Positions 49,261 through 60,461 of a DNA stretch of 64,000 bases are shown piece after piece. Origin of the DNA: Leucoraja ocellata (Eukaryota). Location: the NCBI GenBank assembly GCA_036785375.1, contig JAWMAR010000062.1, forward strand, positions 7,440,001 to 7,504,000, written 5' to 3'. The position numbers and the translations under genes were made by a program. The notes below the pieces were generated by a model. That model searched no databases. It was not told the origin of the DNA and saw nothing but the letters and a program-made list of their open reading frames with translations. Numbering within the stretch: the first letter of the stretch is position 1; each line of letters opens with the position of its first letter.

Positions 49261-51453
49261 CAGGCTTCTTCCTGCGGTTGGCATTCCCCACGGCCCTTGT
49301 AGTTGGGACCTAAAATGCTGGTGAAACTCAGCGGGTGCAGCAGCATCTATGGAACCTTGTAGCATGGATCCTTGTGGTGTCGGGAGCCGGGATTTCCCCT
49401 TTGAATGCTCCCTCGGTTTTGGGCTTCCCCCGAGCCAGCGTGGGTTAGTAAACGGTGTTTCCCTCGCGGTCCCTGAAAAAGGGCTTCCCCGCGACTCTGT
49501 GGTCGGCTTCGGATATCCCCGCAATTAGAGCCGGGATCCCCCCCAGCCGTCCCTGCAGAAGTGAGCCGGGTGGCGCTGGGGTTTCGACCTCGGACCTCCA
49601 GCAGGAGCTCTGAACGCTTGCTGCAGTAAAAAAGAGACCTGAAAAAATTAAAAACTTACATTCAGGTCCAAGCTGTTGGAAGAGAGCTCCAACAGCCTGT
49701 CGTTTGCGCAATGTGAGAGACGATATGACGCGCATGCGTGCTGGCGGGGTCTTCACGTAGTCACTCACGTGACTCCGAAGTAAAATAGAATTTGTGCTAT
49801 AATTCTAGTTATCATGAAATGCTTTAAATTTTTGCTAAATGGCTCATGTTCAAGTACAATTGAATGCATTTCCAATTCCTTTTGCCCGATTATTTCCCAG
49901 CATGAATTGTTTCCCAGAAAGTAAGTGTAGAACAGATGTAACAAAGTACTGCAACCTATTTCAAAGTGCTGGCACATCTTAAAAGATGCAAATTCCTTTA
50001 ACAATTACCTGAATAATTTATAACTTCTTTCTCCAGGACTCTTTCATTTGGTCCCCATACACTCTTCATCTATATTCCATATGTCTCAACCATGCCTGAA
50101 CTGGGTCATTGACTGAACTTTCTGCTGATTCTTATAACTTCAGATTTCAAATCCCATCTGATCTGTCACCTGGTCCTCTGCGTAAGTGCAGTGTGCAAAT
50201 CCTATCCAATTTTTTGAACACCACAAATGCCAATAATGTGCGTTTGCACTCCACCTAAAGAAACAATGACCTGCACAAACCTATTGTGTAGCTTTAATCT
50301 CCTCTTTGCAATTCTTTACCAGATGAATTTAATGTGTCATGATTTAAATGCATAGAAATGCATGTTTGCAGAGAGCGATGAATCTTTGGAATCCCCTTAA
50401 CCCAGGCTAGATTATTAAAAGAATTTAAGATTCAGTAGATACATTTGTTTAATGCTAGGGAAATTGTGGGCTATGGGGAACAGGCGCAAAAGAAGAGAAA
50501 AGGCCAACTCAAATCAGCCATGATCATATAGCAAGGCAGGGCATGTTTGAGAGGTCAGGTCATCAGCTACCCTAACTGACAGCTGCTCACTGAACATTCG
50601 ATAAATAAACAGGAAAGTTTGTGACAACCTTCAGAAGGAGCTTTGCCCTGGAAAACAGAACAGGCAACAGGAAGAATAGAAACGACCTTTCTTAAATGAG
50701 TTTGACCAGTCTCAATACTTTATCCAGGAAGCGTGAAATTATTTTGTAAAGCATGAAATTACAACATGTAACCAGAGTTTCAGCTCTAACCGATACCATA
50801 TGACTCACTTGTTTGTGGCAATGAACTGTGTACATTGTTAGACTGCAAAGGAGCTGTCAATTTTACCTCAACATCTTCAGTTGATTGTACAAGTCAATTT
50901 ATACTAATGCAAAGTATTAATGATTTTGGTTCAATGCTGGCTATAAAATATGACATAGCTTCATAGCCACACCAATTTATTTTAGATATTATGAAGCGGA
51001 GAGAAAGGAATACAGGTGCCAAGGGAGGAGGAAGGGGAGAAAAAACCCTGTTTGATGGGTAGAAGGATAAATGGAACTAGGTGGGGGAGAGTGATGTACC
51101 TAGATAATGGGACCCCTGTCATTTTCCTCTCCTCCCCACCTTGTTAGCTAGACTCCCCCATCTTGTTCCATTGGATGAATGAACTAGTAACGTGTAATTT
51201 GGCAACCTGAAAGTATATTTTTAATATCTTTTCCATTCATAGACCAATATCGAGTTAAATTTCTACATACTAAAACCATATCTATTCTGCAGATTTAGAT
51301 TGCTCTTTTGTCATAAATTATGCAGGTTAACTTTGTATATTCATTATATTCTGAACAATGAGATTACATTTTACTCACTGACAGAAATTAATGTGTGTTT
51401 AGAATGCATTTCTCCAAACTGAATTTTAGTAGGCAGCATGCCATGCTGAGTTT

Positions 51454-51547
51454 AAGAGGGAACTGCAGATGCTGGAGAATCGAAGGTTACACAAAAAAGC
51501 TGGAGAAACTCAGCGGGTGCAGCAGCATCTATGGAGCGAAGGAAATA
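51454..51547 (-). mobile_element. Penelope-type terminal fragment with ~16-bp TSD
   Basis: atg(c/t)catgctga(g/a)ttt at 51438-51453 and 51548-51563. Confidence 0.7.
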
Positions 51548-51689
51548 ATGTCATGCTGAATTTGGAGAGTACTTAATTGAGAAAGTTTGCCAATCATGTA
51601 GGTCACATCTAACTGTTGCTAGAGGGAGAGAAAAATGGAAACTGGTCATTAAGTATTTAATTTTAGTTCCAATTGTAATGTCTTCTCAA

Positions 51690-51860
51690 AGACATGTCGC
51701 GGGGTGACTCCTGTTTGGTCATGAGTAGTCGCCAAATGAGTCGTACCTTTTCCTGGTTGCCACTAGATTTTCAACATTTTGAAATTTTTTGGCGACCTGC
51801 TTGCAACTAAGATGGGTGCCGGTAAGTCGCCGAAAAAATTGCGTAAGTGGGACAGGCCCT
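51690..51860. mobile_element. PIF/Harbinger MITE right end
   Basis: ...AAGTGGGACAGGCCCT|TAA; interior similar to 21600-21660. Confidence 0.75.
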
Positions 51861-52845
51861 TAAAAACCTTAAAAATATCAATTGACAGCCTCCACAAATA
51901 TCGGTGGCAATGAATTCTACAGATTCATCACTTGAATGGTTGGCATCATTCAAAGTTGGCCATGCAGGAAATGATTCAGTGTATGTAAAGCCCAAACAAC
52001 TGTGAAACAAAGAACTTAAGCTTCAGTTTAGCTCTTAATGAGCATCAATGGAGGCAGAAAGGATTCAACAATAAATTAGCATTAAAGTTAATCAATGGCT
52101 CACAAGAATAATTAATATGTCATGGCTGAGTAATATAAAGCAGGGCCATCTTCCAAGACATTGAGAGAGCATAAAACATTGCTGTATTCACCATCCAAGC
52201 CTAACCATATTAAAACCAACAATACCTGATACAGTCACAGATTGACAAATCCTTTTAGCACCATTTACATTACTCACGTCAATGAAAATTTACTCATGGA
52301 ATAAAAGGGATGAAAAGTGATTTTAAAAAGTTTGAAAATGTATTTAGTTGATAATCCGACTTTTCAGTTTCAAATTAAAGTTCAAATACTAGGTGTTAAC
52401 TAACAACACGTAGTTAATTTCTATTTTTCAAAATATATAATTCAGAAAATATTCAAATGTATATTGTAGTGAATATTGAATCAGCATATTCAGTACGTCA
52501 TGCCATTCTATTTACATATCATGACAACATTTCATTATTATTTTTGTTGTATGCAATCTATAAGCAGTCTGAAGTTCTTTTTTCTCAGATTCCGGCCTCT
52601 CCATCTAAAATAGCAAAACCACCTTAAACAGATGTCTTACAGATGTCTTTGTGATGGATGCACCAAGCTCAATCACATTTCCTTAACATGTGCATAACAA
52701 CAGCATTCTGTTATAGACAGCTCCTTCAGATTGCCCTAAAATCAAAAAATGCACTGATCAAGGGTCATTGTACTGCAGCTAAGTTGCTGCCTTGTATGAT
52801 CCACCTTGTTCTATTTAAGCCACAAGATCTGATTGGTGCACATTC

Positions 52846-53157
52846 TAGTTTAGTTTAGTGCAGAGATACAGAGCGGAAACAGGCCCTTGGGCCCAATGAG
52901 TCCGCACCAACCAGCGATCCCCACACATTAACACCATCCTCGGGACAATTTGCACATATAGCAAGCCAATTAACCTACAGACCTGTACATCTTTGGAGTG
53001 TGGGAGGAAACCGAAGATCTGGGAGAAAACCCACGCGGTCATGGGGAGAACGTACAAACTCTATACAGACAGCATATGTAGTCAGGATTGAACCCGGGTC
53101 TCTGGCGGTGAAAGTGTTGTAAGGCAGGAACTCTACCGTTGCACCACCGTGCTGCCC
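52846..53157 (-). mobile_element. HE1/V-SINE-like SINE, full length
   Basis: Minus GGGCAGCACGGTGGTGCAACGGTAG head, B box GGTTCAATCC, V-domain-like core; tail shared with the CR1 at 13460-13490. Confidence 0.88.
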
Positions 53158-53839
53158 TTCAATTTTAGAACACGAACGTCCCCCCACTACCACAAATGTC
53201 GCAGTGGAGTATCCGCATTTGGGGACATCGCAGGCGTCAGCACACCAAAAGTGCAATGGAATAGTCTTGACCTGGAACTGCCTTTTTGATCACGGTCTCT
53301 CCTTTGCCAGGTAGATTAGTGGCAGACTAAAATTAATTAAGGAATAGATGGCCTTCTTTCTCGGTTACATTCTTGACAGGTATGATACAGAAATGTACGC
53401 CTCATGTAACCTCTGACATGTCATGACATTCGTTGAAAAGAGATGGGTAGGCACACAATTTAAATGCCTTGAAATCCATCCCTAAGAAAACACCAAGGCT
53501 TTCTGCTGCCGACCCCAATTTCATTCACGTCTCAACTACATCTCCCACCATGTCAACTTCTTGCCCAAAACTTCCCAATAACATGTGAAGTCAGTGGAAA
53601 AGCAGACTAGAAATGGCAACTAGTTCTTTTCATGTTATTGTATAGATTTTAGATTTTTTGGTCCATTGTTGAGTTAGCCTTTAGATCGATAATCATCATT
53701 AGTGCCTCCATGCAATTTTCGGCATGAGATGCAACGTGCCACAATACGAGACCACATTTGAGAGATTAATTTGCAGAAATGGAATGGAGACATGGTAATA
53801 GATAGATCATAGATTGATAATTGAGGATTTTTGTTCAGA

Positions 53840-55240
53840 AAACAGTAATATCCTTGTAAGTATGTTTTGCACCCGATCTGCTTAATGACATGCTTCCTAC
53901 AGCAGGGTGAACAGAATTGTTCACAGTATTCCAAATGTGGTTTTATCAACATCTTGTATACCTGTAACACGATGCCTGAACTCTTGTACTCAGTACCCCT
54001 GATCAATGAAGGTAAGCATGCCAAATGCAATCATCACCACCCTATCCTCCTCTGTCATCACCTCTATGGAATTATATGACAGGACCCCTCAGTCTCTCTG
54101 TTGTGCAACACTCCCCAATGCCCTACTATTTAATGTGTAAGCCCCACCATGGTTCATCCTTCCAAACTGTAATACCCTGCAATTATCTGAATTAAATGCC
54201 GTCTCCTATTCCACAGCCTATAGGACCTTCTTCACTGTCCACTATATCACCAATTTTGACGTGTAGGAAAGAACTGCAGATGCTGGTTTAAATCGAAGGG
54301 AGACATAAAATGCTGGAGTAACTCAGCGGGACTGGCAGCATTCTCTCCAGAGATGCTGCCTGACCCACTGAGTTACTCCAACATTTTCTGTCTGTAACCA
54401 ATTTTGATGTCATCTACAGACTTACTAACCATCCCACCAACATTCACACCTAAATCATTAATATAATAATGAACAACATTGGACCCAGCACTGATCTCCA
54501 TATCTGTACATATTTCATTTTCATAGATATCAACTCTGCATGTTTCCAGTACCCTCTACCCCACCCTTTCTCCTACCCTCAAGCCAATGTTGTATCAATC
54601 TGAACCCAATTAGCTAGCTTACCCTAGATCCCATGTGATCTAATCTTCCAGACCAGTCAACCATTTGGTACCTCATTAATGCTTTGCTAAGGTCCAGGTA
54701 GACAGAAACTACCTCACTGCTCTCAATAGTCTTTTTGGTCACGTCTTTTAAAAAAATCAAACTAATTTGGTGAGGCATGATTTTCCACACACAAAGCCAT
54801 GCTGCCCACCCCTAACCAGTCCTGGTCTTTCCAAATGTATGCAGAACCCATCTCTCAGAATCCCCTTCAATAACCTACCAACCACTGATGTAAGGCTCAT
54901 CAGTCTTTAGTTCCCAGATTCTTTCTTAAATAGACACAGCATTACTCCCCTGGTTATCAATGATACAAATATATTTGCCAGTGGTCCTTTAACTTCATCC
55001 CCAGCTCCAAACAGATACCCTTGAGCAGGGCCTCAACATTTATCTATATGAATGTGTTTTAAGACCTGCAGCACCCCCTGTTCTATAATGTGACCTGTCT
55101 TCAAGACAACATCATCACATTCCCAGCGTTTCCCTCATATCCAAGTCTTTCACCACAGTAAATACAGTTGATAAATATTATTTTAACATCTTGCTCATCT
55201 CCTGTGCCCCCACGCACAGTTGACCTCATTGATCTTGTAG
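53840..55240 (-). mobile_element. Older CR1 LINE RT region with a nested palindromic Penelope-type insert (54263-54396)
   Basis: KPHLEYCEQFCSP and QHGF-like motifs; the insert is flanked by accaattttga(c/t)gt at 54249-54262 and 54397-54410. Confidence 0.8.
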
Positions 55241-55764
55241 ATGCCCTATTCACAATCAATGCATGTCAGTTGCTCATGAGTCAGCCCTTGCATAATGGGA
55301 GAAAATCTATAAGAGATAGCGAAGGAATTGAACACAGAAGAGGCTGTTACGCAGGTCTCTACTGACAGAAGAGCAAGTTCTTTCTTTGTACAATCCCATG
55401 CTGTTACAAAAGATTTCTCTGTTTGGTGTCACACTAGTCTGTATCAGCATATTTGTTTAAAACTCTCCTGTGGATAAGCTCCAGAATACATTTCCTTTGA
55501 GGATTCTTGATTCTGGCTCAGTGAAGAGGAATTCATCTGTTCCTATCAGAGAGAGAAAAATAGCAAGGCAGCACTCTTGAATCATTAGCTGTAATATGCA
55601 GAGTTGATATCTATGAGAATGAACAATGTACACGGGCAGAGTCTCTTATTTCTTGAGGAAGATACGTAGAATGATTTTTATGACTGCAATTCAGATGACT
55701 GGTACATACATTGAAGTGAAACTGAAGACTGTAATTCACATTATTTCTATCATAATAACATTTC

Positions 55765-56085
55765 AAACAACATAGAGAGCATAAAACAGTACAGCACTGG
55801 AACAGGCCCTTTGGCTTCCAATTTTTGTGCCAAAACTAATGTCAAGTAAACTGTCTCCTCTGCCTGCACATAATCCAGATCTTTCAATTTCCTGCATATT
55901 CATGTGCCTATCATAAAACCTCCTAAATGCCACTATAGTGTCTGCTTCCACCATCACCAATGGCAACATGTTCCAGACACCCACCACTTTCTGTGTAAAA
56001 CAAAAATTGCCCCATACATCTCTTTTAAACTGTGCCCCTCTCACCTGAAAGCTATCCTGCTAGTCTGACATTTCTACTGTGGGGA
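55765..56085 (-). mobile_element. CR1 3' end
   Basis: FKRDVWGNFCFTQKVVGVWNMLP..VVEADT-like C-terminus. Confidence 0.8.
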
Positions 56086-57913
56086 AAATAAAGATTCAGT
56101 CTTTGTTCCATTGAAGGGGATGGTGTTTGCTCATAATTACTGACTTTGATCACGTGGAAGAGAACAATGGGGGAGGGAGGTCCTACTGAAGTATACATGC
56201 ATGCCCTCACTGGGGTAGAAATCCACTGCTCTGTGGTGTAATCAACATGCAGTCATATTGTTTATGCATTGAACTCCACTTCTGAAATTCGGTACTATTA
56301 ACTACATTAATTTCAGAAGCAAATTTCAACACACACTTGTTACTACAATTGTTTCCTATCTGCCATAAAGATACATGTTAACTTCAATATATATATTTTT
56401 CTGTGAACAAAATGGACTATTGCCTTAGACCACCTATTCTAATCCTGATCTAATAACCAGATAAAGCCTTCCCTCATGAACTGTAAAGCTTCTTCGCATG
56501 TCATTGTAGTACTGACTTACAGCATTATTGGACTAAACTATGTTTTATTTATTGGTAATAAGCAGGGGGTCACCCTGCATATCTAGTTAATTTTATTTAG
56601 TCAATTTTCAGTGCTGAAATATTAATTACATTTTGGAGGAAGGTTAGTTGCATAATTTACCAGGACCAAAATTACATTTGGTCAATATTGCACACAGCAA
56701 CAAAGATCAAGAAAACTCAGATGCAATATCAACTATATTGTTTGCAGTGTACTCTGTTTACATATTCTGTTGTGCTGCAGCAAGTAAAAAAAAAATCATT
56801 GTTCTATCTGGGACACATAACAATAAAACCTCTTGACTCTTGACTCTTGAACTTCACAATAGGATTCATTCACTATTGCATTAGCTGCAGTATAATTGCT
56901 AAGACCACTAAAAATCCTATCAGGTTCTATTATTTGTTGTTATTCTAATGCCATTTGTAAAAATACAGCTACAAAGTTTCATTTGTGAAAAGTTGAGCTT
57001 TCTTTAATTAAAAGTTAGCATCTCCACCAGCGCAGCATTCCCTCAATACTGCACTGGTAATTTGCTGCTTTGTGCTTACTTTACTGGAGCAGTACTTAAA
57101 CACAGAAACCATTGATTCAGATGCTAATTCAACGGAGCCATGGTTGATGCAGTGTTTATGCATAGTCTGTGTACAACCTTGGTTAAGTTGACTACAACAA
57201 GGTCATCATCATATTGCATGCTGATATACAGTACTTCAAACAAGGAATCTGAAGGTCACATACCAGCAATAATTTTAACTCATGTTTTTGAAAATTATGC
57301 AGTAAGCTTTCCATTTTCAAAAGCATAATGCAGTGTTCCAAGATTCAATACCTTAAAATCAATAGGTTTATAGTTCTAATACAAATAAGTCTGACGCAAA
57401 GAAAATATGTGCCTTTACGTGTGTGCATTTTCTAAATGACAGCATATTAACAGTAAAACAGAGCAACTAAATTGCTTTAGGCAGCTGGGCATTTTCTCTG
57501 CTAAAAGCTCTTCAGTCCCAGTTACAGTAAATGAGCACCAGGAGATTAAAGATGATGTGAGATTGAGCTGTTAGACGTGTCATTTAAGAAACAGCATTGT
57601 GACATTAATGGCATGCATAGACCCTACATTAGGTGGACAGCTGAAGTGTAAAATACATTTTATAAAGCAAAATTATGGCCATGCATCAAACAATATGAAG
57701 CTTTTTCTAACGCTGTGTTTCTATCAGGACACACACATGGTAACAAATGAATGTATAACGTAAAAGTAAACCCATATAAAGTAAAAATTGCCATATTTAT
57801 AATAAATTTGCTTCAAGAAATATTTTACAATATTACTACACCTAGATATGCATCATAAATGTTTGCACACACCAGCATTTCTGGCCACTGGTTGTTATCC
57901 TTCCTCTTAGCTG

Positions 57914-58277
57914 TTATCTGTCACTGAGTCAGTGCCAGGAGGCAGGTGGATCCTGCTGGGGTTGGAGAAACTGATTGGATGGGCAAGGATGAGGTTTAAG
58001 CTAGGAAAATCAAGGTCACTGGTGCTGAAGAAGGGCAAAGTCATGGACAGGTTCCGCTTCAGCTTCGAAGGGACACCAATCTCAACTGTCTCCGGAAGGC
58101 CAGTGAAGAGTCTTGGCAAGGTGTTTAACAGCAGCCTGAAGGATACAGCAAGGATACATCAAGTTCCTGGTCCAGGCAGTGTAGGATGTCCTGCCCAGCC
58201 CATCAAACCTCTTCATCTGGGGCAAAGCAGAATCTCCGGATTGCATTCAATGCTCCGGCAAGGGGATGTTGGAACAC
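57914..58277 (+). pseudogene. HERO (R2-group, RLE) non-LTR retrotransposon fragment, internally deleted
   Basis: SVPGGRWILLGLEKLIGWARMRFKLGKSRSLVLKKGKV...PVKSLGKVF (RT C-terminal part), then in another frame IKFLVQAV*DVLPSPSNLFIWGKAESPDCIQCSGKGMLEH (start of the CCHC finger). Confidence 0.8.
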
Positions 58278-58702
58278 AACGTTGGTTGAGAGACTGGTGG
58301 GGGTGGGGGTGGGGGAGGGGGGATGGGGGGGGGGGGGGGGGTGGAGAGTTCCTTTCCACAGTCTGGGGGAAGTCTGGCTCCGATTGGCATGGCCTGGGCT
58401 GCACAAAGTAGTAAACTAGGCTTGGCCACCAGGGGTAAAGTTGCGGGAAGGTCAAGAGCGTTGAGAAGGAGGGAGTCAGAAATTATGCCAGCAACTCACT
58501 CACTCAACGCTGCTGCGGCACTCGGGGCGCAGAGCCGCCGCATTGTGGCCAGGGAGGGAAGTAACTCAGGCCCGGACAATGGACTTCAGTGTCTTCTGCC
58601 AGCCCGCCAGCCAGCCACGGTGTCCTTTGGCACAGGAGCAACCGGTGGAGGTGGTTGTTGGCGGGTAGCTACTGGGCGGAAGGCTGCCTACCCCTTGAGC
58701 AC

Positions 58703-60330
58703 CATTTAACTCTCTTTTAAATTTACCCAATGAATTATCCTGTACTGCCTTCTGTGGCAGAGAATTCCACAAACTCACAAATCTCTGGGTGAAAAGGTTT
58801 TTTCTCATCTCAGTTTTAAATGGCCTCCCCTTTATTCTTAAACTGTGGCCCCTGCTTCTGAACACCCCCAACATTGGGAACGTTTTCTTGCATCTAGCAT
58901 GTCCGATCATTTTATAACTTTATACGTTTCTATAAGATCCCCTCTCATCATTCTAAATTCCAGTGAATACAAGCCAGTCTTTTAAATCTTGCCTGCCATT
59001 CCGGGGATTAACCTTGTGAACCTACGCTGCACTGCCTCAATAGTAAGAATGTCCTTCCTCAAAGTAGGTGACCAAAACTACACATAATACTCCAGATGTG
59101 GTCTCACCAGGGCCCTGTACAACTTCAAAATGACCACTTTACTCCTTTGCTCAAATCCTCTCATTATGAAGGCCAACATGCCATTAGCTTTCTTCACTAC
59201 CTGCTGTACCTGCTTGTTTACTTTCAGTGACTGGTGTACAAGGACACCCAGGTCTTGCACTTTTCTTTTTCCTAATCTGACACCATTGAGATAATAATCT
59301 GCCTCCTTTTTCTTGCCGCCAAAGTGGATAAGTGGATAACCTCACATTTATCTACATTAAACTGCATAGACATAGATAGACAATAGGTGCAGGAGTAGGC
59401 CATTCAAACCTTCAAGCCAACACCGCCATTCAATGTGATCATGGCTGATCATCCACAATCAGTACACCATTCCTGCCTTCTCTCCATAGACCCTTAACTC
59501 CACTATCATGAAGAGCTCTATCTAACTCTATCTTGAAAGCATCCAGAGAACTAGCCTCCAGCATCCTCTGAGGCAGAGAATTACACACACTCACAACTCT
59601 CTGTGTGAAAAAGTTTTTCCTCAACTCCGTTCTAAATGGCTTATCACTTATTACTAAACAATAGCCCCTGGTTCTGGACTCCCCCAACATTGGGAACATG
59701 TTTCCTGCCTCTAGCGTGTCCAAATCCTTAATAATCTTATATTGCAATAAGATCGCATCTCATCCTTCTAAATTCCAAAGTGTACAAGCCCAGCCATTCC
59801 ATTCTATCAACATATGACAGTCGTGCCATTCCGGGAATTAACCTCATGAACCTACGCTGCACTCCCTCAATAGCAAGAATGTCCTTCCTCAAGTCTGGAG
59901 ACCAAAACTGCACACAATAATCCAGTTGAGGTCTCACTAGGGCCCTGTACATCTGCAGGGGGACCGCTTGGCTCCTATACTCAACTCTGCTTGTTATGAA
60001 GTCCAACATGCCGTTTGCTTTCTTCACTGCCTGCTGCATTAGCCTGCATCTGCCCACTCATTCAACCTGTCCAAGTCACCCGGCAACCTCCAGGCATCCT
60101 CTTTACAGTTCACACTGCCACCTAGCTTTGTGTCATTTGCAAATTTGCTAGTGTTACTTTTAATTCCATCATCTAAATCATTAGTATATATTGAAAATAG
60201 TTGCAGCCCCAGCACCGAGCCTTGGGGCACACCTCTCGCCACTGCCTACCGTTATGACAGGGACCCGTTTATTCCTACTCTTTGTTTCCTGTCTGCCAAC
60301 CAATTCTCTATCATGTCAATATCCTACCCA
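58703..60330 (-). mobile_element. Two tandem CR1 fragments (58703-59365 and 59366-60330)
   Basis: GVPQGSVLG, FAND and RPHLEY motifs; second tail at ~59366-59400. Confidence 0.92.
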
Positions 60331-60461
60331 TATTCTAATTTTTAGAATCTAATTCAGAGGAGAAAGATCACTCCACATGGCGTATGTTATCATACGTCAG
60401 TTGACCTGGGCATCTGATTCTTTAGATAAAGTGTCAAACTCCAGTTCTCAAATGAAGCAAA

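Larger units (their letters stand above)
45350..49785 (-). mobile_element. DIRS1-type tyrosine-recombinase retrotransposon; complete termini, decayed ORFs
   Basis: ITRs plus ICR (45572-45682) complementary to both ends; TTTT termini; minus-strand RT, RNaseH, MT-like and YR remnants. Confidence 0.92.

Noticed and set aside
52570-52630. Acceptor followed by IPASPSKIAKPP*
   Set aside because: Too short to distinguish from chance.
55445-55560. Minus-strand acceptor (tttttctctctctgatag) followed by short open frames
   Set aside because: Frames close within ~32 codons, the peptides are unrecognised and no partner exons are seen.
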